Shown: positions 8,853-16,019 of the stretch, piece after piece | Layout of the letters: every line of letters begins with the position of its first letter | Numbering within the stretch: position 1 is the first letter of the stretch | Source of the DNA: a virus | Taxonomy: Duplodnaviria > Caudoviricetes | Length of the DNA: 45,538 bases | Virus record (IMG/VR): IMGVR_UViG_3300010052_000178 | Location: 1-45,538 of that record | Direction: 5' to 3' (one strand) | Program-made: the position numbers and the translations under genes | The notes under the pieces: generated by a model | Seen by the model: only the letters and a program-made list of their open reading frames with translations | Databases searched by the model: none | Told to the model about the DNA's origin: nothing

Positions 8853-9547
8853 TGGCGAAGCTCCGCGGCGCGATCCTCGTAGGTGTGTTGGATCAGCTCG
8901 TTCCAGTGCCGGGGCAGCCTCGCGATCTCGTCTGCGTAGAGGTCGGGAAGCTGCTCGAGCATGTCGAGGCTTTCGGCCGTCTCGATCTTCTGCTTGATCT
9001 CGTTGAACAGCTTGTCCGTGCCGTCACGCTTTGCAGCAGCAGACGATTTGCGCTTTCCCCCGTTGCCGTTCAGCGCGGCCTGCCCCTCCTCGGTCTCGGC
9101 CTGGGGCATGCTGTCGAGGTCCATGTCGCCGGAGGGAAGCTTGAACAGAGAGCGCAGGAAGCTCTTTTCACAATAGCTCTGCGCGGCCTGGAAGCTCTGC
9201 GGCCCGGTGATCTGCGTATAGACGGAGCGCGTGAGGTGGCTATCAGTCCAAGTGTCTTCGTCCGTGGCGAGCACGAACTGATAGCTGGCGCGCAGCCATT
9301 GGACCGTCTTGCCATCCCGGTCGATGCGGACGGTTTCACACTCCCGCTCAAGTGCCATGATTACCAATCCGACTTCGCCTAGCTTGCGCGCGACGGCAGC
9401 GTATACGTCGTCGGTCGAAGAGAACTGGTACCCGCCGTGCTGATTTTTTTGCGTCTTAGCCACGGCCTCGACGGATGCCAAAATCTTAGCGATCGCACGC
9501 GCGATGCTCTTTGGTATTTGATTGTCGTTCATCAGACGTGCCTCCAA
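8849..9547 (-). CDS. ERF-family single-strand annealing recombinase
   Basis: [21 protein letters not shown]...[25 protein letters not shown] matches the ERF pattern (K...N....Y.Y....D; A.sYa.k..l...f.i..d.D.D). Confidence 0.8.
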   Translation of the reverse strand: MEARLMNDNQIPKSIARAIAKILASVEAVAKTQKNQHGGYQFSSTDDVYAAVARKLGEVGLVIMALERECETVRIDRDGKTVQWLRASYQFVLATDEDTWTDSHLTRSVYTQITGPQSFQAAQSYCEKSFLRSLFKLPSGDMDLDSMPQAETEEGQAALNGNGGKRKSSAAAKRDGTDKLFNEIKQKIETAESLDMLEQLPDLYADEIARLPRHWNELIQHTYEDRAAELRQ

Positions 9548-10017
9548 ATGCGGTGCTTTCTCACCTCACAGATGAGCGTGGGCCGCACGTTGTATTTCTG
9601 AGCTAGGGCAACGGCGGTAAGTGGCGACTGCCTGATATCCTTGACTGCAGCTTCGGTTAGTTTCGCAGCCGGGTGGGACTCGCCCTTAACGCCACCGCTC
9701 CGGGCTCTGCCTTTTTGCGAGCAGTCGCGCATATTCTCAGCGTTGGTGCCGAGGAACAGATGCGCCGGGTTCACGCAGAGCGGCTGATCGCAGTGGTGAC
9801 AGACGAATTTGTCTGCTGGGTCGCCAACGTGGATTTCATAGGAGAAGCGTGAGGCGATCACGTTGCCGGCGCCCTTGCCTCCAAGGCCCATGTGTCCGTA
9901 GTTCTTGCGCTGAACCGCGCCGGTCCAGAACCAGCAACCTGTGTTCGGGCAGAACGTGACATGCCGCCAGAACCGGACCTCAGGTGGCGTGGGCTTGGCG
10001 CCTGTCTTTGCCATCAC
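9532..10017 (-). CDS. HNH endonuclease
   Basis: RFWRHV...TGCWFWTG...[27 protein letters not shown]...[11 protein letters not shown]. Confidence 0.92.
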   Translation of the reverse strand: MMAKTGAKPTPPEVRFWRHVTFCPNTGCWFWTGAVQRKNYGHMGLGGKGAGNVIASRFSYEIHVGDPADKFVCHHCDQPLCVNPAHLFLGTNAENMRDCSQKGRARSGGVKGESHPAAKLTEAAVKDIRQSPLTAVALAQKYNVRPTLICEVRKHRIWRHV

Positions 10018-10100
10018 TGCACTCCTGTGACGTAGACGACGACGCCCACAGCCGCAAACAAAACCGCATACGGAATGGTGATTTCGATGAGGTCTCTCAT
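10014..10100 (-). CDS. 28-aa single-TM micropeptide
   Basis: [28 protein letters not shown]. Start and stop overlap both neighbours. Confidence 0.55.
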   Translation of the reverse strand: MRDLIEITIPYAVLFAAVGVVVYVTGVQ

Positions 10101-10162
10101 TTGAAAACTCCGATCAGAAGCAGGACGACGCCGAGGAGAAGGAAGAGGTCGGTGATGATCAT
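10097..10162 (-). CDS. 21-aa single-TM micropeptide
   Basis: [21 protein letters not shown] with GAGAGG RBS. Confidence 0.55.
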   Translation of the reverse strand: MIITDLFLLLGVVLLLIGVFK

Positions 10163-10174
10163 GGGCACCTCTCG

Positions 10175-10242
10175 AAAAACCCCGCGCGGCGATCCGGTTC
10201 GATATCCGGACGGTTTTGGGAGGGCTGCCTAGCCGCGCGGGG
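10175..10242 (-). terminator. Terminator-like hairpin with a large structured loop in the PL operon
   Basis: CCCCGCGCGGC/GCCGCGCGGGG 11-bp inverted repeat followed by TTTTT on the minus strand. Confidence 0.6.
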
Positions 10243-10249
10243 AACTGAA

Positions 10250-10354
10250 CTAACTGGCCGTTGCAGCGACGACCGCGAACAGCGCGATCCCCATCCCGAC
10301 GGCAAACGCCGAACTCAACCCCGCGATGATCGCGGCCTCTTTCACGTGCTCCAT
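10250..10354 (-). CDS. 34-aa single-TM micropeptide
   Basis: MEHVKEAAIIAGLSSAFAVGMGIALFAVVAATAS. Confidence 0.5.
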   Translation of the reverse strand: MEHVKEAAIIAGLSSAFAVGMGIALFAVVAATAS

Positions 10355-10401
10355 ATGAGCCCCCCGGCTCTCAGCTGGCTTCTACGCTGACGCCACAAAC
10401 G

Positions 10402-10737
10402 CTACGGATAGGTGCGGTGCTCGTCGCGGTCGGGCCGCACCCGAGATACCGGATGGTCTTCGAGGTAGCGGTCCCAAAGCTCGGCGAGCTTGTCCTCGCG
10501 ATTATCGAGCGCGAATTCCTTGATCTTGTCGAAGAGGGGATTGCGCTCCGCGATCTCGAACCAGCGGAGCCGCCCGCGTCCGCGCACCGTGCCCTGGATG
10601 TAGACGCGGGCCACGTACCAGCTCGTGAGCCCCAGCATCTCGTCGGGCTCGATCTCGACGGCGCACTCAAATTCGTGCGTCTCGATCGAGAGGTCACCGA
10701 TCACGGTGAAGCCAGGCATGGAGAATTCGTCTCGCAT
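10402..10737 (-). CDS. Hypothetical phage protein
   Basis: MRDEFSMPG..., the protein-like 3' part of the 380-aa track ORF. Confidence 0.6.
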   Translation of the reverse strand: MRDEFSMPGFTVIGDLSIETHEFECAVEIEPDEMLGLTSWYVARVYIQGTVRGRGRLRWFEIAERNPLFDKIKEFALDNREDKLAELWDRYLEDHPVSRVRPDRDEHRTYP

Positions 10738-10825
10738 CGCAGTTGCCCTTGTCTGTTGGGGCGAGCACGTCCCGTATCCCTCTGTGTGCTCGCCCCACCC
10801 CCACGACCCCGCACCGGGGAGCTTG

Positions 10826-11040
10826 TTAGCCGTCGCCGTAGCCGTCGCCGTAGCCGTAGCCGTAGCCGTCGCCGTAGCCGTAGCCGTCGCCGTAGCCGTC
10901 GCGCGCCCGTAGCCGTAGCCGTAGCCGTAGCCGTAGCCGTAGTCGCCGTAGCCGTAGTCGCCGTAGCCGTAGCCGTAGCCGTCGCCGTCGCCGTAGCCGT
11001 CGCCGTAGCCGTCGCCGTCGCCGTCGCCGTCGCCGTTCAT
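10826..11040 (-). pseudogene. Gly-Asp/Tyr dipeptide-repeat ORF with a -1 frameshift near 10901-10908
   Basis: GGC GAC/GGC TAC hexamer array. ATG at 11040 overlaps the DUF6948 stop. The in-register TAA is at 10826-10828, but the span is 215 nt. Confidence 0.7.
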
Positions 11041-11339
11041 GACACCAACGCCTTCTGCTGTTCGATGCTGATGCGCGCTTCGCCGGTGGCTTCGAGCACT
11101 TCGCAGACCTGCAAGATCAGCGCCCGCGCCACCGGCGCGGCGATGCGGCATTCCGAGAGCTTGTCGGGATGGAGACCCTTGGCGGCGACGCCCGAAAGGC
11201 TGACGCCTTCCGCAGCCCACCAGCGCCAGAGACGGCGTGCGCCCGTTAATTCGACTGTGTCCTTGTCGAGGCTTGCGAGCGTCCCGGCCCAGCACCCAGA
11301 CGGGCTTGATCTGACGATGACGTAGGTTCCGATATCCAT
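11037..11339 (-). CDS. DUF6948-like phage protein, first gene of the PL operon
   Basis: IGTYVIVRS..SGCWAGTL......VELTGARRLWRW.....SLSGVA..G. Confidence 0.8.
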   Translation of the reverse strand: MDIGTYVIVRSSPSGCWAGTLASLDKDTVELTGARRLWRWWAAEGVSLSGVAAKGLHPDKLSECRIAAPVARALILQVCEVLEATGEARISIEQQKALVS

Positions 11340-11476
11340 ATTGATGTCCCCGTGATGAGTTTCTGATCCGCGTGCCCGGCGAGGCCCCTGGGAGGAAGGG
11401 GAGAGGCCCCGCCGGGATCACCGATGCGCCGTTTGAGGTGTGCTGTGGGTGGCCGGCGCCCCCGGGTGATGAAGCA

Positions 11477-11505
11477 AAATTAGTTGGGGATTTCCAACCG
11501 GTCAA
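11477..11505 (-). promoter_or_regulatory. PL promoter with operator in the spacer
   Basis: TTGACC-N17-TAATTT on the minus strand. The spacer holds the palindrome GTTGGGGATTTCCAAC (11483-11498). Confidence 0.8.
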
Positions 11506-11512
11506 GCATAAA

Positions 11513-11528
11513 GTTTGAAATTCCCAAC
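11513..11528. promoter_or_regulatory. Second OL operator
   Basis: GTTTGAAATTCCCAAC, a one-mismatch match to GTTGG-N6-CCAAC. Confidence 0.7.
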
Positions 11529-11610
11529 TGCCTGTGCAGAACATCCCCTATGGAGGTAGTTGCAACCGTTGGTTTGTGCGCTAGGCTGACTTTTTTCTTG
11601 GGGGTAGGAA

Positions 11611-12489
11611 ATGCGTATCTTGCTGGGTCTGTGTCTTTGCGTGGTCGCGTCCGGCGCTGCGAGGTCTGACGGACAGTGGAGCGGTGCTTACATTGGCGGC
11701 GCGATCGGAGCTGGAGCGACCAGCGCCTCGGTTGGGGCCCAGGAACACTACTTGTCCGACGATACCTCATGGGGGAGTTCGAGCGGAGGCGGCTCGTTTA
11801 CCTCAAGTCGCTTTGACCACTATTCCGAGTACTTCATGCGAGCAGCGGGGTCAGAAACGAGCGGTGCAGGCCCCGTTGGCGGAGCACAAGTTGGCGCCGC
11901 CACGCAGTTCGGGCGCGTTGTCTTGGGTGCGGAAATGGGCCTGCAATGGTCTGATCTGAGCAGTCGCGTATTCTCGGATGCCGAACGCAGTTCGTTTACA
12001 AGAAGCGTCTCGTCTCACTCCACCAATGGTGGGCCTTATGTGGAATCTGGCCGGTCTGAATCGGTAGGCTCGGAGCGTTACAAGATGGCGCTTGATATGA
12101 GCCTAGATTGGCAGCTTTCCTTCGTAGGACGCGTTGGTTTCGAAGTTTATGATGGGTTCTTGATCTATGGCCTAGGTGGGTTCGCGCGAGGCGGGTTCAC
12201 GATTGAAGGATCGCCTCAGATCGACGCCCAAACGAGCAACGGCTACGTCATCGGCGCGGGCGGAGAAATCGCCGTAGGGAACAACTGGTTCGTAAAATTT
12301 GAGTACCGATACGCAGACTTTGACCCACTTACGATGAAGTCCGCGTCCTCAAGCAGAACGGAAGATCTGGGATCTATGCCCATTGTTGGGCTGCAGAGTT
12401 ACAATGCATTTTCGCAGGCAAGCCAACTGGACGTCGACAGTCATGACGTCAGAATTGGCGCGAGCTACAAATTCTGGGATTGGAACTAA
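11611..12489 (+). CDS. Outer-membrane beta-barrel protein (Omp25/RopB-like), prophage moron
   Basis: Signal peptide, WSGAYIGG, GRVG...FLIYGLGG.A, GYVIGAGGE....NWFVKFEYRYADF and terminal RIGASYKF. Confidence 0.85.
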   Translation: MRILLGLCLCVVASGAARSDGQWSGAYIGGAIGAGATSASVGAQEHYLSDDTSWGSSSGGGSFTSSRFDHYSEYFMRAAGSETSGAGPVGGAQVGAATQFGRVVLGAEMGLQWSDLSSRVFSDAERSSFTRSVSSHSTNGGPYVESGRSESVGSERYKMALDMSLDWQLSFVGRVGFEVYDGFLIYGLGGFARGGFTIEGSPQIDAQTSNGYVIGAGGEIAVGNNWFVKFEYRYADFDPLTMKSASSSRTEDLGSMPIVGLQSYNAFSQASQLDVDSHDVRIGASYKFWDWN

Positions 12490-12518
12490 AGCCATAGGTG
12501 CGGGGGGGGGAGTAGGGC

Positions 12519-12548
12519 AAAAGAAAACCCCGCCGAAGCGGGGTGTTT
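12519..12548. terminator. Bidirectional terminator between the OMP gene and the cI operon
   Basis: ACCCCGC-CGAA-GCGGGGT flanked by an A-run and GTTT. Confidence 0.8.
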
Positions 12549-12641
12549 AATCTAGCGCTACAGCATTTATCACCGGTCGCTGTAGCGGCCCCTGGTGGGG
12601 TCTTAGACGCGGATGGCAGAGCCAGAGCCGCAAACTCTATT

Positions 12642-12845
12642 CTAGCCCACGTCCACAAGCCCGGCCCGGCGCTCGAGGCGGTCCAGGCGTTCGTCCACCC
12701 GATCAAGTCGGCGGTGCACTCCTGCCAGCCCTTCCTCTACGTGGGTCATCCTGACTTTGATGTCATGCACATCCGCCCGCACAAGATCCATCTTGGCGTC
12801 GATTTCCCGCAGATAGCGCAGAATTATGCTGTCAGGCTCGGACAT
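12642..12845 (-). CDS. Small coiled-coil protein downstream of cI (paralog of 21142-21369)
   Basis: MSEPDSIILRYLREID...RLDRVDERLDRLERRAGLVD with heptad pattern. Confidence 0.75.
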   Translation of the reverse strand: MSEPDSIILRYLREIDAKMDLVRADVHDIKVRMTHVEEGLAGVHRRLDRVDERLDRLERRAGLVDVG

Positions 12846-12941
12846 GGCTCTTAGATGGGCCCATCGGGCCCGGCCTGTCAATGACCGCACCGGTAAACGC
12901 CTTGCGCGAGCGTTGCGGCCGGCACCCATCCACATCTGGGG

Positions 12942-13544
12942 TCAGGTGAGGCCGCGAATTATAATCTGCACCGGGGCTGCCCATTTGATCTTGGCGTCCT
13001 GGATGTCCTCGTTTTGCGGGTCGAACGACTTGAGCGTGTAACGCCCGCGCACGGAACTCTTAGCTAGCACCTTGAAAAGACGCTCACCAGCTTCCGTCTC
13101 GATGATGCAATCAAGACCAATAAGATTGTCGATGTGACGGCCAAAAGACCTCACGCCAGATACCACATCGCCCCTACGGTAGCCCGAACTGCGATAGTCG
13201 TTTGTCTCGACCTCAAGAGTAACAAGGTCTTGAGCCAAAAAGGATAATGGCAGTTCTTTCGGGCTGGTACCCCCGTTTTCTGCCCACATCTCATTCGCCT
13301 GAATGCGGTGTTGAATAATCAACCTTAACCCGTCCGGCGATCCATCATCAAACAGATTGTAAAGACTCCAACCTACAGCGTGCGCTAGCGCCTGCAAGCT
13401 ATCGATCCGTGGACGTCCAGACTTACCGGTATCCAGGTTGGACAAGAAGGCCCTGTTTAGGCCGGCGCGGCGCAGCACCTCGGCCTCTGTGAGGCCAAGC
13501 TCCTTAATCCGCTCTTCGAGTCGCTTTTTCCAATCGACGCTCAT
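12942..13544 (-). CDS. cI: CI-like repressor (HTH plus degenerate S24 domain)
   Basis: N-terminal Cro/C1 HTH (LTEAEVLRRAGLNRAFLSNL...PRIDSLQALA). C-terminal Y..GDVV...GERLFKVL...YTLKSFDP. Divergent from cro. Confidence 0.85.
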   Translation of the reverse strand: MSVDWKKRLEERIKELGLTEAEVLRRAGLNRAFLSNLDTGKSGRPRIDSLQALAHAVGWSLYNLFDDGSPDGLRLIIQHRIQANEMWAENGGTSPKELPLSFLAQDLVTLEVETNDYRSSGYRRGDVVSGVRSFGRHIDNLIGLDCIIETEAGERLFKVLAKSSVRGRYTLKSFDPQNEDIQDAKIKWAAPVQIIIRGLT

Positions 13545-13595
13545 CCGCAGTTTTTACTGTTCCACAGGATGACCGTCGCGATGGAAATAACAGCA

Positions 13596-13624
13596 TTGCA
13601 CGGTTGGATATTCCCAACTATAAT
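13596..13624 (+). promoter_or_regulatory. PR promoter with operator in the spacer
   Basis: TTGCAC-N17-TATAAT. The spacer holds GTTGGATATTCCCAAC (13603-13618). Confidence 0.88.
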
Positions 13625-13630
13625 GCGCCC

Positions 13631-13867
13631 ATGAGCGATCCAGAAAAGCTTCTCGCAGAGATCGAGGCGTTCCTCCGCACCACAGGAATGAACGCCACCG
13701 AGTTCGGAATCCGTTCCAAGCGTGACCGGGCAATCGTGTTCCGGCTTCGTGAGGGCAAAGACGTTCGCACCGCCACGGCGAGCGAGCTTCGGCACTTCAT
13801 GGAGACTTACCCGCGCCCTTTAGCGGACGGTCATAAGCACCGCCCTCGGCCAGCAGCACACGCATAG
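13631..13867 (+). CDS. cro: Cro-like HTH protein, probably leaderless
   Basis: LLAEIEAFLRTTGMNATEFG....DRAIVFRLREGKDVR..TA..LR.FM. ATG lies 6 nt after TATAAT with no RBS. Confidence 0.85.
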   Translation: MSDPEKLLAEIEAFLRTTGMNATEFGIRSKRDRAIVFRLREGKDVRTATASELRHFMETYPRPLADGHKHRPRPAAHA

Positions 13868-13976
13868 GGGCTTTCAGTAAGCGTTGCGTAGCCGCTGACA
13901 GCGGTTGGAGGGGTTGGTCCGGCGGTGACGTCGGACTGCAAGTGCGTCCGAGGGCGCGCTTCCTGCACAAGCCCCT
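13866..13976 (+). ncRNA. Putative multibranch structured RNA
   Basis: Closing AGGGGCTT/AAGCCCCT helix enclosing three hairpins. Confidence 0.5.
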
Positions 13977-13996
13977 TCATCCCCTGTTTGCGTATC

Positions 13997-14263
13997 GAGA
14001 TCACTCAGCAGGACGGCGGCGGGGAAAGCAGACCCGCAGCGAAGGCCCCGCAAGGGGACGGTGGTGCGGACAGACCGCAAGCTCAATGGAGGCGGATCAT
14101 CGGGACCTAAACCAATATCAGGCCGGGACGTGAGTAGCTGAGGTGTGTCCTTTAGCGAAATCGGGGCGCCGGAAACACCTGATTATGGCCAAAAGCTATG
14201 GGGCTCCCACAATCCATCTGTCCTAGCCGGAGTAGCGCCCGGCCCGTCCTGCTGAGTGATCTC
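13997..14263 (+). ncRNA. Putative tRNA-shaped structured ncRNA (267 nt)
   Basis: Perfect 20-bp terminal inverted repeat with D-like and T-like arms in tRNA geometry. Confidence 0.7.
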
Positions 14264-14562
14264 AGCCCAGTACCGCGTATCTCCTCAGTTCCACGCCAAT
14301 TCCGCGAGGATACGCGCATGCACCAACGTGAAACCGCCAAGGACTTCCTCCGCACCCGCTTCGCTAAGCGCCTCGACCGTATTCGCGGCGTGGAACCCGG
14401 AGGGAACTGGGTTGGAATCCAGGCCTTCGGGCTGACCTTCAACGAGCTTCTGCCGGGCGCGTGTCGCCTCCAATGCGGCGCGCCCGGCAGTGCGGCGGAG
14501 GGGCTTCGCAGCCGTTCACCCTCCGCCGCAACCAATTCAACGGAGTGACATGGAGAATCCCA

Positions 14563-14898
14563 ATGGGACTGCATCGAAACGAAATCCGCAAGGCCGTCTC
14601 TGACAAGCTAACCGAGCTCGGCTTCTCAAATGGTGTTGTTGCGTGGGGCGATCGCCCCGCTGAATTGAAAGTGCTCGTCAATACGGACATCAAAATCATC
14701 AAGCTCAAGAGTGGCATGTCCCGTCGTGGCCTGAAGTTCGAGCTCGACAAGTTGGAAACATGGGCCATTCAACGTCGCAGCGCTCAGCAACGGGCGTTAG
14801 TCAAATTCGAGCGCGATCCTGAGCAGATCGATCTCGAAGACGAGATCAACGCGAAAGCCCGTCTCGCTCGCACTCCAGTCGACCACCTGTCCGACTGA
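14563..14898 (+). CDS. Hypothetical phage protein
   Basis: GGAGA RBS, MGLHRNEIRKAV..., 111 aa. Confidence 0.65.
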   Translation: MGLHRNEIRKAVSDKLTELGFSNGVVAWGDRPAELKVLVNTDIKIIKLKSGMSRRGLKFELDKLETWAIQRRSAQQRALVKFERDPEQIDLEDEINAKARLARTPVDHLSD

Positions 14899-14962
14899 TC
14901 ACGGTCCTCTGTTCCTGTGTTGCGTCCCGAGTACCTAACCCCGCAATTGCAGGAGAAATCCC

Positions 14963-15925
14963 ATGCATCCTCAGTCCTTCGACGAGCTGATCCCGCACAT
15001 GAGGCGGGCAGGCTTCATCGCCACCTCTCTCGCCGCGGTCATCACCGCCATGTTCGGCTGGCAGCTCGGCGAGAACGTCGTCGCCAGCGTGTGCCTCGCC
15101 GGGCTGCTCGCGCTCTGCACCTTCATCGTCGGCTATTCGCTGGTCGCCGCCTATCACGCCTGGAAGCGCGACATGAAGGGCGTCTCGGCCGCAGCCACGG
15201 CGCTGTTCGCCGTTGCGGTCTGCGTCGAGTTCCTGAGCCACACCGGCTTCACGGCGGCGAACCGCGACGCGACCATTCAGCAGGCGTCCATGCAGACCCA
15301 GACCTACGAGGACTCCCGCGGCAACGTGAAGGACCTCGAGGCGAAGGTCGCGCGGCTTTCCGACGAGCGCAACGTGATGAAGCCGACGCAGAGCGTGGCG
15401 GCCGCCCGCGCCGCCATCCAGACGACGGAGGCCCACAAGTGGTTCACCGGCCTCACCCAGGGCTGCAAGGTGACCAAGGGGCCGCAGTCGCGCGCCTTCT
15501 GCGAGCGCTACTTCGCGGCGACGGCCGACATCGCGCTCTGGGATCAGATCGCGGCGCAGGAGGTCAGGCTGGCGACGGCGGAGAGCGAGTTGAGGTCGGC
15601 CCGTGACAGCTCCGGCCAGCGCCATGCCGGCCATGCAGCGGGCGCCTCCCAGGGCCTCATCCTGGCGGCGGCGGTGACGCAGACCGAGCGCCCGTCCGAG
15701 TCCGCGCAGTTCTGGACCGGCGTTGGCATCTCCGCGCTTCTCGCGCTGTTCGCGATCTGCGCTGGCGGGCTGCTCAACTTCATCGCGTTCGCGTTTGAGC
15801 CGGTGAGGGAGGTGCGCAAGGCCGCGGCTGCGACGCTGCAGGAGGTCAAGGACGATGCCCTGAAGCTCCGCCGCGTGACGCTCGCCCAGCTCTCCCACGA
15901 GCAGGGCCTCAAGGGCCTCGCATAA
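14963..15925 (+). CDS. Membrane protein: 3 TM, coiled coil with Cys pair, then TM (DUF4407-like architecture)
   Basis: AGGAGA RBS, hydrophobic helices, GCKVTKGPQSRAFC. Confidence 0.7.
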   Translation: MHPQSFDELIPHMRRAGFIATSLAAVITAMFGWQLGENVVASVCLAGLLALCTFIVGYSLVAAYHAWKRDMKGVSAAATALFAVAVCVEFLSHTGFTAANRDATIQQASMQTQTYEDSRGNVKDLEAKVARLSDERNVMKPTQSVAAARAAIQTTEAHKWFTGLTQGCKVTKGPQSRAFCERYFAATADIALWDQIAAQEVRLATAESELRSARDSSGQRHAGHAAGASQGLILAAAVTQTERPSESAQFWTGVGISALLALFAICAGGLLNFIAFAFEPVREVRKAAAATLQEVKDDALKLRRVTLAQLSHEQGLKGLA

Positions 15926-16019
15926 AAAAATGGAGGGCGGCTCGTAAGAGAACCGCCCTCTGACCTCACCCGGGGGAATGAGGAATCCGAACTCTTTACT
16001 CCCAAGACATCCACAGCGA

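Noticed and set aside
10193-10210. TCCGGTTCGATATCCGGA as the T arm of a tRNA
   Set aside because: There is no D arm, anticodon arm or acceptor stem around it; it lies inside a terminator-like stem.
10402-11544. 380-aa ORF as a single gene
   Set aside because: It is a chance concatenation of promoter region, an alternate frame of DUF6948, the frameshifted repeat and a separate downstream gene.
13997-14263. Calling this element a canonical tRNA, tmRNA or group I intron
   Set aside because: It has no TTCRA loop, anticodon loop, CCA, Ala acceptor identity or recognisable intron core, so it is kept as an unclassified tRNA-like RNA.
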